A stretch of 64,000 nt of DNA from Camelus ferus (taxonomy: Eukaryota). The position numbers and the translations under genes are program-made. The notes under the pieces were generated by a model. That model made no database searches. It was given only the letters and a program-made list of their open reading frames with translations, and had not been told where the DNA came from. Below are positions 38,001 to 49,560 of the stretch, piece by piece. How positions within the stretch are numbered: position 1 is the stretch's first letter; every line of letters starts with the position of its first letter. The stretch spans positions 2,606,001 through 2,670,000 of the forward strand of contig NC_045698.1 of NCBI RefSeq assembly GCF_009834535.1. Reading direction: 5' to 3'.

Positions 38001-38443
38001 TCAGAATTCCTTGCTCTTATCTGGAACATTAAAAAGGAGGGGAGGATACTTTTTGAATGAATGAAAAGATGATCTCATGATTGATTCATCCTCCAACGTG
38101 AGTGCTTCTGATTTAGACAGAGAGGTTCAAAGAAAGACAAAATGGAAGAAAGTTGTTCGTAGCCAGGATACGCGTGGCCTTTTTGGTGAAGGGACACAGG
38201 CGACGGTCCCGGGCCCCTTACTCGCCTTCCTCTCTCCCACCCGAAGGTCTCTGCTGTGTGACAAAGACAAAGAGGACAGCCCCGTCCCCAAGGCCCTGGC
38301 CCACTCGGCCCGGCGGCGCCCCCACTCCCGCAGTCCCCCAGGCGCAAACCTGTCACTTCCTGCCACAAACAGGGTCACCTCTCCCCGGTTCTCTCCTGAG
38401 CCCTGCTGTTCAACGCTGTTGAATGATGATGGGGTCATGAATT

Positions 38444-38482
38444 AAAAAAAAAAAAGAAGAAGAAGAAGAAGAAGAAGAAGAA
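38444..38482. repeat. (A)n followed by (GAA)n microsatellite
   Basis: Read directly. Confidence 0.95.
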
Positions 38483-38539
38483 ATTAAGTGCCGCAACAAG
38501 AAGCAAATAAAAGGGGGGGCGGGTGTGGGAGAAAATTGC

Positions 38540-39300
38540 CCCTGAAGAATGTGAGAAAGATAAATAGGGCCGGCACTTTGTTGCATTGTCAGGAGCACTC
38601 TGGGGTTATTTGAAGCTCTTATTTATGCTCTGTAAGCAGAACAATGCCGGAGAAGAAATGATTAAATACCGGCTTGGCGAGCCGCAGACATCTCATTGTG
38701 GCGCTGGCTCACCACTGGGTGGTTTTGATAAAGGAATATGAGTTGATAACTGATACAGTTTGCCAGGGAGTCATCTGGGGCTGCTGACAGCTCCGGAGCT
38801 TTAATAAAATCATTAGAATGTAAATGTTTTTATTGCGGAATAAAAAGCCTCCAGCGAAGTTGACACCGCTCTCCCTCTGCTGAATGGGAGCCCCGATTAG
38901 CATTCAAATGATAGCATGATAGGCTGGTTATCTTTATTAAAATTTTTCAAATCGAGTCTTCATTTTGCATGATTGAGTTTTAAACAAATGCAATATCCAG
39001 TCGGCTGGTGAGCTGGCCTGAACACTCCCGAAATAATTAAAGTGTTCCTTTTATTTTTTTCCAACACGTGTTTCATAAGAAATGAATTGGATTTGCTATT
39101 TTAATATGACAATATCTAGTTAGCTTTGCATAAAAACAGGGATGTTATAGCATAATTATTGAAAGTGTACAGCTTTTAAACATATGTTTCATAAAGCTGA
39201 ATTCAATTTTGTGAAATATGACAATGCCAGTCACTTGGTGAAGGGGAAAATCAAGAGATGGCTTGATTATTGAGATCAATCCCACAAAAGTCTTCAAAAT
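38540..39300. promoter_or_regulatory. Candidate long conserved non-coding element / enhancer
   Basis: Repeat-free and AT-rich. SOX AACAATG at 38640-38646, TGACAG at 38785-38790, TTAATAAAA, TGATTAAAT and many TAAT motifs. Confidence 0.5.
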
Positions 39301-39750
39301 TGACGGCAGCCCACGGGGCGGCAGAGGAGGTGTTTCCAGAGGAAGGGAGTCTCTCTTCCCTGAACATTTTACACTGACCCCCGACTCTGACGGAAGAAAG
39401 GGCTTCAGTGTAGGCTTGGATCACAGGTTCTTGGCCACCGAGACATCGATTACCCAGAACAAACGAAATCCTCATTAAGAGCTGGGAGAGTCTTGGGTGC
39501 GCGTGAGCAAAGCGGCATTGTCTTGCAGAGGAATCATTTATCAGCAGAAGGCGGCCCGGGTCCATCTCACGGCCCGTCACTAGCCATCCTCTGCCCTGAG
39601 TCTGGGTGTCATGTCTCCCCACTGGCCATTCTTAGACGTCACATTCTGTTACAGACTCAGCTATTATTAGTAAGATTACCTTGGGTGGTTCTTGGTTATA
39701 AAAAATTGAGAAAATCAAAAGAAGAAATATTCCTTCAAAGTGTGTCCCTG

Positions 39751-39975
39751 AAATTTGCAGATACACACTGCTAGACATAAACAGATAAACAACAAGGGCC
39801 TACTGTACGGCACAGGGAACTGGATTCAATACCTCGAAATAGAGTATAATGAAAAAGAATATGAAAAGGAATAAATACATGTATATGTGTGTATATGTAT
39901 GTGTAACAGAATCACTGTGCTGTGTGCCAGAAACAAACACAAACCGTAAACCAGCTGTACTTTGATTAAAAAAAA
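39751..39975 (+). mobile_element. Short cetartiodactyl L1 3' end with TSD
   Basis: 'gataaacaacaagggcctactgtacggcacagggaact...gaatcactgtgctgt' plus A tail. TSD aaagtgtgtccctg (39737-39750) / aaagtcaatccctg (39973-39986). Confidence 0.92.
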
Positions 39976-40420
39976 GTCAATCCCTGGAATGACTGGGGAA
40001 TATCCTAGGCAGGCAGCTCCGGCGCTGACCTCCTTTAAGGGAAGACAGCGGAAGGGCTGACGGAACGCGGCTTGTCCGCTTGGTAGAGCGGGGAAGGGGC
40101 CGCACTGCTCCGCTTTGACATGAGCTGATTTTGCTTTTAGGCTGTTTTTTGTTTTGTTTTGTTTTTTCTTTTTTTTTTTTTTTTCCTGAGATTAAAAAAA
40201 TATATATACTGAGATAAATGACAATGTATTTTTCTCAACCTATATCACCATATTAGCAGACTCTAAATTTTATAATAGTATCTCTCTAACCAGGGTATAA
40301 GTTACAAATCAGATGATTTCAACTGATAGGCAAATGCATATTGGCTAGTATGACGAATTGAGGTAAGGTCAATATGTATATAGTAAGATGAGAGTTTAGA
40401 AAAATTTGGCTTTAGTTTCT

Positions 40421-40649
40421 TTAAGTGTTTTACTGAAGCGTAGTTGCTTTACAATGTTAGTTTCAGGTGCACAGCAGAGTGGTTCAGCTGTACATACACA
40501 TGCACATATATAAATATGCGGGGAGGGTAAACTGGGGGTGGGGATTAGCAGACACAGTGCTGTGTATAAAGTAAACAACAAGACCTGCTGTGAAGCACAG
40601 GGAACTGTGGTCAGGTTCTTGTAATAACGTATAATGGAAAAGAATCTGA
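40421..40649 (-). mobile_element. 5'-inverted (twin-primed) cetartiodactyl L1 3' end
   Basis: 40421-40518 is the antisense L1 terminus. 40519-40649 is the adjacent upstream segment in sense orientation. TSD ctttagtttct (40410-40420) / cattagattct (40650-40660). Confidence 0.88.
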
Positions 40650-41099
40650 CATTAGATTCTGAACTGGCGCGCATGCCCACCTTAATCTTTCAGAGCAACA
40701 GAATATATAGATTGTATGTTAAACATGCAAATTGAAACAAGCATTTTTCCCACCAAATCACTATCACAGAGAAGAGGTATTGGTTGTCAATGCAGAAAAT
40801 AATTCTTTCCAAATATCCTCAAAATGACAGGTTAGCATTTTGGAGCTGTAGGCATCATAGAAGAATTCTTAATAACATTGCAAAGACAGACCCGTGGAAG
40901 CACAGAACCGTGTGCCCAGAAACAGCCTGTCATCCCGACTGAAGAACAGCTGGCTTGGCCAGCCTGGTACTTCTGCCTTGGAGATAGATGGCAAGGGCCA
41001 GGGATGGTGAGCGTTCAGGGACAAGTCTGGTCCTTCGGGGCAGGACCTTCAGAAAGGGCTCCCCTGCATGTCGGCAACTCAAATGTAGACTGAGGAACA

Positions 41100-41580
41100 A
41101 AGATCTGACTTGATAAGGTGAAAAATGACCCTCCTTGTAAAAGTTTGACGGTGATGGAGGAACTGAAAGTTGAAACGAAAACCACAACTTTAAAATAGGC
41201 AGCAGAATGTGGTGCAAAACAGATAAACACTAGCTAAACAACATGGTACCCATCACCCCCTATCTGAGCTCAGAACCCTTAACCCCAGTGTGCTTGGATC
41301 CCACGTTCCAGGGTCAGACCTCAAGCTGGTGGACAAGCAACTCTGCTTGGAAACATGTCTTCTAAAATAAGAACAGAGATTGTTCCAGTGACACCTGGGT
41401 TTACAAATTCCGAGTCTTCCCTGCCAAGATAGCCTATGAGTAATTTTGTTCTCTAAACCATATTTGCAGCCTTTTCTAAAAATCTCCTTCTGGGTTCCCT
41501 GTAGTCATGTCCCTCGCAGCAGCAAGTAACACGCCTGTTGCAATTGACTGCAGGTGGCCTTTGACTGATGACCTTTGGTG
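41100..41580 (+). mobile_element. Possible degraded LTR (family unassigned)
   Basis: 3' part 'ttgactgcaggtggcctttgactga' loosely resembles old ERVL-related LTR termini. Confidence 0.3.
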
Positions 41581-41839
41581 TGAATCTTATTTTGGGGAGC
41601 CTGAATTCTTCCTATTTTCTGAGAGTCTTAGGGGAGGAAATGTCCACAAATGACCTGGAATTCAGAAAGGACCCCTCTGACCCACGGGAGAAGAGAACCC
41701 AGCCTGCCGCCCACTGAGGTCAGACACTGCTCTGACTCCAAGGGCCTCGGACCTGGGTAAACTCCAGGTCAGGGGAGGAGGGGCTGTCACCGTCAACTGT
41801 AGGTACAAGACATTTCTCCAAAAGGGCTCTCAGCCCCTG

Positions 41840-42180
41840 GTGGGACACTGCTGCTTTTTGCTCAAGCTGTTTCTGAGAACAGGGTGCCGAGCCATGTGCT
41901 GCAGAAGATGCTCAGGATGGAAGAGACCCCTGACTTCAAGGCCAGAGAGGAAATACACAGAGACCCGGGCGTGGTGTGGGTCCCTCCTGGAGGTGCTACA
42001 GAGAACAGTCACTGTGGCCTGCAGGGCACTGAGGCAACCACGCCCAGCAACGCACGACTAAAGAGGGAGAAAGGAAAGATGGCTCATGTTGGCCAACTGT
42101 CCGTCCAGTCTTTTCCCTAACAGACCATGTAACCGAGCGCAGCGCTCTTAGGTACCTACCTCCACCTGACACCCGATGTG
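41840..42180 (+). mobile_element. Possible MaLR (MLT1)-like LTR remnant
   Basis: 'gccatgtgctgcagaagatgctcagg...gcactgaggcaaccacgcccagca' gives loose similarity only. Confidence 0.3.
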
Positions 42181-45074
42181 CCAGTCAGGGTTTCAGGGAC
42201 TTATTATCTGTGGTTCTTAGTTCTTCTGAGAGCTTTTCCTATTATTTCCTTCTTTCTTTAATCATTTGACTTTTATCTGGCCATATTTTGAGAGCTGCAT
42301 TTTATTTGATTGATATTGACCCCTGCTGGGCTAATGATGGTTCATATTTTAATTAGGACGTTTTAATCACAAATGTCAGGGTGTGACTTACTTTAGTGCA
42401 ATGGCTGTTCTATCAGTCATTTTACGTTACAAGTACAACAAAGAAGTGAGTGAAAACATCAGGAGACATGACCCAGGTCTCTCACCTGTGTCAGAGTTTC
42501 AGGTTTCCTCCCTTTGGCATTTCCCATCTTGCAAACTCGTGTCATGGTAACGGCGTGGTCTGTACCAATTCAATATTTTATTTTCAGTTTTTTAAATTGT
42601 TCAGTTTCAGAGTAGAACCAAGTCTTGGGTGTGAATCTTTTGCTGCCAAAAATGGAAAGAAAAACGACAGGAGCGCTGCCAGGCCCGCCGTGGGTCACAC
42701 TACAACCTGGAGAGTGTGAGTCACTCAACGCCATGCACCTGGTGCAGAGAGAAAGCAAGGGGGCACAGAGAGAGGAAGGAAGGCTCGCAGAGGCAGGAGC
42801 CTCTCCTCCAGCAGGAAAGACGCCCACCACCTGCAGGCTCTTCTCTTCACACAAAAGCGAGGTTATCACAAGAGGATTCAAGTTAGCAAGGGAGGTACCA
42901 GCTCTCAGCTTCATCCACTGCTTGCCCCCTCCTCATCCAGCTGCGTGGCTGTGGGTACCACTGGGATGACAGGCCTCACGTGGACCGCAGGAGCACAGCC
43001 CCTTCATCCAGGAGGTGCCACAGGAATGCGCTCACAGACCAGGGGCCTGGGCAAGAAAAACCATCAACATTCTGGTCAACAATAAGAATCTATGATTATT
43101 CTCAACAGAAACTCCCAACGTTGTCATCTTGTGCTTTATTTCAGCAAATGCTGGTGAGTCGACATCTTCTTGAGCCTGCGAACAGAAGGGAAGCCACACA
43201 AATGCACACCTGGCCTTGGAAGGCGGAGAGCATCGCGTGTGTCCTGTCTCAGGGCAAGGCGACCCGTAACTCTCTGCGATGTCTCACTGTATTTGATTTT
43301 TTCTGTTTCCACACATGATCACCAGACATTTGAGTCTGAAATCGGCAAGTATCACCACGTGCAGGAGGTACGTGTTCAACCCCATTTCTCAGTCTTGCAA
43401 GAAAGACTCTAACAAGAAAAGCCCAATTCTCCTACCTGAGCCCCAGGCCTCCTGCCAGCGAGTGTCAGAGTTTCCATCCTGATGTTATCAATCGCTGGCA
43501 ATCTCGGAAGGACAACACAAAGCAAATTGCCAGGAGAAGGTGGAACTTTTGTTTTTTTGCCTCTCCAGCAGCTGGACTTGGGGAAGAAGACAGGCATGAA
43601 ATTTGCGGGTAGATCTGTTTCAGCACTGGCAAGAACTACCAACTGTGTAATCCGGTTTCAACAGGGGATTTCTCTTTATCTTAATAACTAGTGAAATGGG
43701 TGGACCTCGAATTTCATTTCAGTTTGGAAACACGCCCGACCTTTTGGAGATGTTTATTCCAAACTCAGCCAACTATATAAACCTCTCCAGGCTCTGGGAA
43801 TCTTTCTGGGAATTGCACCAAAGCAGATTCTTGGTGAGATTTCTAATACTTCCGGCTTCTGGAACAGCCTCCCTCCTAATCCTTCAGTAATTCAGCATCT
43901 AACTCAGACCAGAAGAAAGAACACAGACAACTCTGGAGAACGAAATAGTGAACCTGCAAGAACCCGTGTGTAAACTTCAATAAAGTTCCCAGGAAGTTCT
44001 AACTGCATCCAAGTCACACATCCCTCTCTAACAACTTCAGGGACATTCTTGTCCTGGTGTTTACGAGCTTAAACCTCAAAGCACTAGGAAAAGACCACAC
44101 CTCGGCGTGGCCAGATTATTCCGAACAAGGAAGGCTGTGAATAAGTAGGAGCCCCAAGATTCGGTTGCTGTTTTTGCAAAGTGTCTCTTCACCTTCTGCA
44201 ATCTTTTCCAGTCCCGGAGATAAGCGATCCTATCCAGCCTGCCCCGTTCCCCGGGGACATTCGCTTTGTCATGTGGAAAGGAATATTAAAACCACACTCT
44301 GCATGTCAGTCACTTCCCCTGACAGCCAAGTTCAGGCTTATTTGCCAGACCTGTGCTTAATTTTGAGGTGTTTTCAAATACTTAATTGTGTCCAAAGACA
44401 GAAGAATGTTGCAAGTGCAAAGTTGCCCAAGTACCAGTGAAGATGGAGTTTACGTAACTGGAAGTGGCAAAGAAGCAGACATGTCCTGCAAGGCAGGGAT
44501 GGATCCCTGGGCCATGCAGACAGATCTGAAGGTCAGGCTTGGTGCCATGGCATGTGGAGAACTGGGCTGTGCAACCCACGGGATTCGGCAAGAGAGGAGG
44601 CTCTGCGTGAGCTGGAGGGGTGCGGGAGAGGAGGAGGCCACGCCCAGAGCCACCCGTCAGCCCCATCAGTTCCAGGAGCCCAGGCTGCGGAGGGCTGTTC
44701 AATCAAGTGCTCCCAGGGGCCGCAGGTCCCTCCACTCCACTCACCATCCAGCTGGTGGAGAGCATTTCACCAGCTCATCCCGGGACCCGCCTGGGACCCT
44801 GGGGAGATTTGCAAGGCGTCTCAGTGGAGGCGAACCGGGATCACTGTGGGGAGAGACCCCGAGGAATGCACATGTGCAAGGAGGAGAGAGCCTTGGCTTC
44901 AGGATTCACTGAACAGCCGACGCTGTGTCGACAATGCATCCAGGATGAAACTTGCTATCTTTCTAGTCTCATTGGACTTGTAAAAAAAATACAGCACACA
45001 CACACGCACATGCACAGATGGACTTAGGAAAGGTGTCTGGTTCATCTAGGTTTAAGAAGGGTGTCTGTAAACTT

Positions 45075-45555
45075 TGAGTCTGGAATATTTATATGTAACA
45101 TGCAGTTGACCATTTTTATCGACTTTAAGTGTGCAATCCGGTGGCATCAAGAGCAGTCACGCTGCTGTGCAGCCGTCACCGTGCCTACCTCCCAACTCTT
45201 TACATCTTGCAAAACTGAAACTCTGTTTCCATTAAACACTAACCCCCCGTCCCCTCCCCCACAGCCCTTAGCAAACACCTTCTACTTTCTGTCTCTGAAT
45301 TAGACTCCCCTGGGGCCTCATCTGGGCAGAACCATGCGTTATTTGTCCTTTTGCATCTGGCTTCTTTCACGTAGTGTAATGCTTTCAAGGGTCATTTGTG
45401 TTGTAACATGGTTAAGGCTTTCATTCTCTTTTAAGGCTGAATAATATTCCACTGTATGCACATGTAGCACGTTTTTTGAACCATTCATCTGTCGGTAGTT
45501 GCTTGAGCTGCTTCCACACTGAGCTTTTGTGAATAACGCTGCCGTGAATGTTAAG
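45075..45555 (-). mobile_element. L1MB (L1MB2/3-like) 3' UTR, antisense
   Basis: 'tttaagtgtgcaatccggtggcat...aaaactgaaactctgtttccattaaacactaac...ttctactttctgtctctg...tttaaggctgaataatattccactgtatg'. Confidence 0.9.
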
Positions 45556-48393
45556 GTTTATACACAAAGTTGAACTTCATATCTGCCTCCTGGTCCAAGC
45601 CCCCATCCCTGTCCCCGTCCCTGTCCCCGGCTGAAGAAGGCACCACGTCCTGAAGTTACTTTCTATCTTCCTCAAATAACTTACTGAAATTGTCAGCTTC
45701 TGTATCTGTACGTGCTATTTTGCGCATCTTAAAACTAGCGACCTATATGGTCTAGTTTTGCAAAAGAGTCGATAAGCATATTTCTGTGTTTTGAAGAATG
45801 AGAGAAAGAAGGAAGAGAAAACCGGATTTTAGCAAAATCTAGATGAGAGTTGAAGTATGATTTCCGCTAACTGTGCCAACAATTATTTTCATTTCCACTT
45901 TATTTCCCTTTGATTATCCTACCTGCTACCAGAGACACGATAAACTTAAAATTAATTGTGAATATAAGTTTTCAAAATATTCTTTTTTTTCCTTTTGAGG
46001 ATCGAGGGCTCCACGCCGGGGCAGGCGTTGGGAGCAGGATGTGGAGACATCCTGTTTCAATTATTGCAATTCTAGCTGCGATCAGGGATCTGAGGCTGAA
46101 TTCCGTAGGGCTTTACTCCTCACACACATAAGCCCCATCTGCTGGCTGAGCGTCGGTGGCGCGTTTGTCCACGCCGTCGCTGGGGCCAGGCTGGCGGGAT
46201 CTGTCAGCAGCTCCACCACGTGGCTTCCCGTGTGACCCTGGGCCCAGGAGTCCTGCAGGCAGAGGCGGAGGAGCGAGATGGACAGCCGTGGGGGAGAGTC
46301 AGGACTGGCCCTCGGAGGAGCCTGCTGGCTACCCGGGTGCACACGTGGACGGTCACCAACCAGCTACGGGCCACAGCGAGTCAGGGGCTGGGTGGGGGGA
46401 GGTGGCCGTGCTGCTGTCCAGCCGCGCGCCTGGTGCAGAGGGAGGGGGTTCGGGGTGGGAGGCGGTCTTCTCCACATGCGTGTAACCCACCGCTCGGGGA
46501 GGTGACCAGGAGGTAGGACTCCTCCCACATGGGGAAGAACTGACCGCCAGGGGCCCCTGGGGCTCCGGGATGCGGGCGTTTTGCCTGATGTTCCCACAGA
46601 TTTGATTTTCTCTGGAGCAGCCCGTGCTAGCGCCCTCCCTGTGAACTCCCTGATTCCCATCTTCCATCTAAACTTTCTTCTTCCTCCTCTCCTTCTTCCT
46701 GCCCTTTTTTTAACTCTCCTGGATCTGTAAGGCCCACAGATAACGTTTGTACAAGGTAATAAGTAAGTGTGTCAGGCCAGCAGGAGCCCCATGGCCCTTT
46801 CCTGGTTAGTCTTTGGCCAGATTCCACAGGCAAATGCACACAGCAGCTCGTCCCTCCCCCAGGACCACACTGGCGACCCTGGGTGCCCCAGGGCCCCATG
46901 AGATTCCCGTCCGACGTTCAGGGGAAAGAGCCAGACCCGCCCCGTCTCACAGCGGCAGAAACACCGCACCTGGCCAACGCGCCTGGTCAGCTCCAAACAG
47001 CCCGTGCCATCTGGCCCTTTGCGGAGCACCCCTTAGGAGTCCCCCAAATTCTGCTTGCCAGAAGTCTGCCCTCCCCGTGCAAACCGCAACACCACACGGG
47101 CAAAGAAGAAAAGGTTTCATGTTCAAAAGTACAAATATTACACTATTGATTCAGAAAGGAAATGCACTGAAGGCAGACTCAAAGTGCAGCTGAAGTGACC
47201 CCCGGGAACAGCTTTGAGGCGGGGCTGGAGCACGGCGGTGGAGTGAGAACAGATGTTGCTCTTCACGAAGCAGGGGTGGGGAGTTCGCATTTTTGGTCAG
47301 AGCAGCAGCAGGCTAACACCTGGACGAAGGCTTTCCAAATGAAGATGTTGCAACTGGGTCTGTTCCCGAGAAGCAGGCACAGAGAGGAAAAAGGTAGCGG
47401 CCGCGGCGCCCTGTAAAGGGATACATGCGAGCCCCACACGGCTCCACGAGGTGGAAAGAGCCCCAGGCCGCCCCGATCTCATCTGGTGACTGGAAGACAG
47501 ATGGGGGAGAGGCCACTGGAGAGCAGCCGGGACGCCCCGTCCATTTTGATGCACCAAGTTCCTGTAGCTCTCAGGCACGTCCTGCTCTCCCTCTTGCATA
47601 TTTAAACTTCCCTGCTCATGGCAAGTCAACCGGCAAGTTTTCCTTCTTTTAAGTTGGAAAGATTCTTTGCCTTCACTCATCTGTCACTGCTGTCATCAGG
47701 ACTCCGAGCATCTCACCTGCAGCTCTGGATGTGCTTACTCAGGCCTTTTATCCCAACCACGTCGAAATAGCTTGATACCGAGTGTAATTTGGCAAAGAAG
47801 AGCATCCCCGGGGGGGTCTAGGAGCCGCCTCCTCCATCTTTAACCCGGCTTCCAGAAAGAATTAGACCCAAATACTTCCACTTAGTGCCTTGGCTTCTCA
47901 GGTGACAGGATCGCTTCTGGTATCCAAGCAGGACATCGTTGAGTACTTAGGAGGTGAACTGGAGAATCATCACGTGGCCACCAGAGTCCTGGGCACTGTT
48001 GACCAGATGGTGACCAGATTGAAGCAATCTTTGAGGCTCTTGGTCAATGACTGAATTTCCTGTGCGTGTCCACTGCCTGTCAGCGGCCGGGACTCGTTCT
48101 GCAGCAGTGGCTTGGCAGGAGGGAACGTAGTGGAGGCTTTTCCGAGGCCCCTGTTTGGTTTGGTTTGGGTAAGGTGTGGGCAGTGTGTGCTGGCGAAGCC
48201 GGGCCCTGGTCGGGGTGGCCGCTTCTGTCTTGCTGGTGTGCACAGAACCCGTTCCCTAGGAAATAAGCAGCGGTGAGCAAAGCCTGGAGCAGCAGGCGTC
48301 CGCTCAGCTGTGTCCTGCGTGCCGAGAGGGAAGGGCTGAAGAGCAGGGCCCTTCAGCTGTGAGCAGGAAGCAGGGTCTTTCCATCCTCTCCCC

Positions 48394-48421
48394 GTCAGCC
48401 CTTGTCAGCCCTTGTCAGCCC
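48394..48421. repeat. Tandem 10-mer GTCAGCCCTT, about 2.8 copies
   Basis: Read directly. Confidence 0.85.
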
Positions 48422-49241
48422 CCGCCCCAGGACCCTCCACCATCACGGAGGAAAGAAAAGACCTGGGGACCCCTGGCGCACCTTCCGGGCCTCCCGGGCT
48501 TCCGCTGTGTGTGCAGGGAGACACTCCTCAGCTCCCTTTGGTCCACACCTAGGGGCTGGGAGCCCTGGTCTCCCACAAAACCTCAGGGATCAAGCCCTGA
48601 TTATTTTAGCCATCAGCCCCAGAGTGGGAAAAAATACATTTTGCAATAAATAAAATAAAATGATTTAACATACTAGGACTCAAAGTTTTCATCTCCAGCG
48701 CTGGCAAATCCCAAGCTGCGATCTACGCGGGGCTCTCAGGGGGACGTCTGTTTGACTCCGCGCCCTTCTGTCGGGGGGGCTCTGCACCTGTCGCCCCTCA
48801 CTTGCAGGCCCTCTCTGCCCCGGGGAGGGCCAGGCTGACGTGTGCGGCTCCGCCTGCTTCTGGAAGAGCAGGGACAGACAGCGAGCCTCCCGGAGGGTTC
48901 GGCTGCTTGTGAAGCGAAGATGAACGATCCCGTCTCTGGACGCGCCCCGTGGAAGCAAGGGCGCCCTGGCTCCCAAGGGACGCTGTGAGGGTCCAGCTCT
49001 CAGCAGCACAGGCGGAGCCTAGAGCCGGCCCCAGGGTTCCACAGGGAGGAGGGCGTGGCCGCACTCGGCATCCAGAGACCTTCCAGGAAACACTCATCAG
49101 ACCCAACTCAGTGGTGACTACCATCCCCCAACACAAAGGGAGGAAGGCAAACGCGCAGAAAAACACAGGGTCACAGAGCCGCTCACTCTGCGCCCAAGGG
49201 GACCCCAGGGACCAGCCCGCCCAGGCGAGGAGGACGAGCAA

Positions 49242-49560
49242 GCCGCAGGGGGCGCGGCAAGATGAATCACCGCCCCGATGCAGATTTAGCGCGTTCGGTG
49301 AAAAGATAAATGTGTAAAAAGCTGTGTCAAAACCCGCGGTGCGGCCCACATGGCAATTCAGGGTCAGTAATTGAACCTCCCTCTAATTATCCTGGGGAGA
49401 TAATATTAACTTACAGTCGAGCGTGCGCCGGCGAGCCCATAACTCACCGCCGGGCGGGCAGCTCATCGCATTGTGTTCTTGAAATATGACGGCTCCATTT
49501 TTATCCTGTCATAATGACAACCGAGTGCTTATTTTCCTTCTCTGCGCCTCTAGGGGATGA
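49242..49560. promoter_or_regulatory. Candidate conserved enhancer with CTCF-like site in a CpG-rich region
   Basis: GCCGCAGGGGGCGC at 49242-49255 (CTCF core-like), TAAT clusters, and palindromic TGTCATAATGACA at 49507-49519. Confidence 0.45.
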
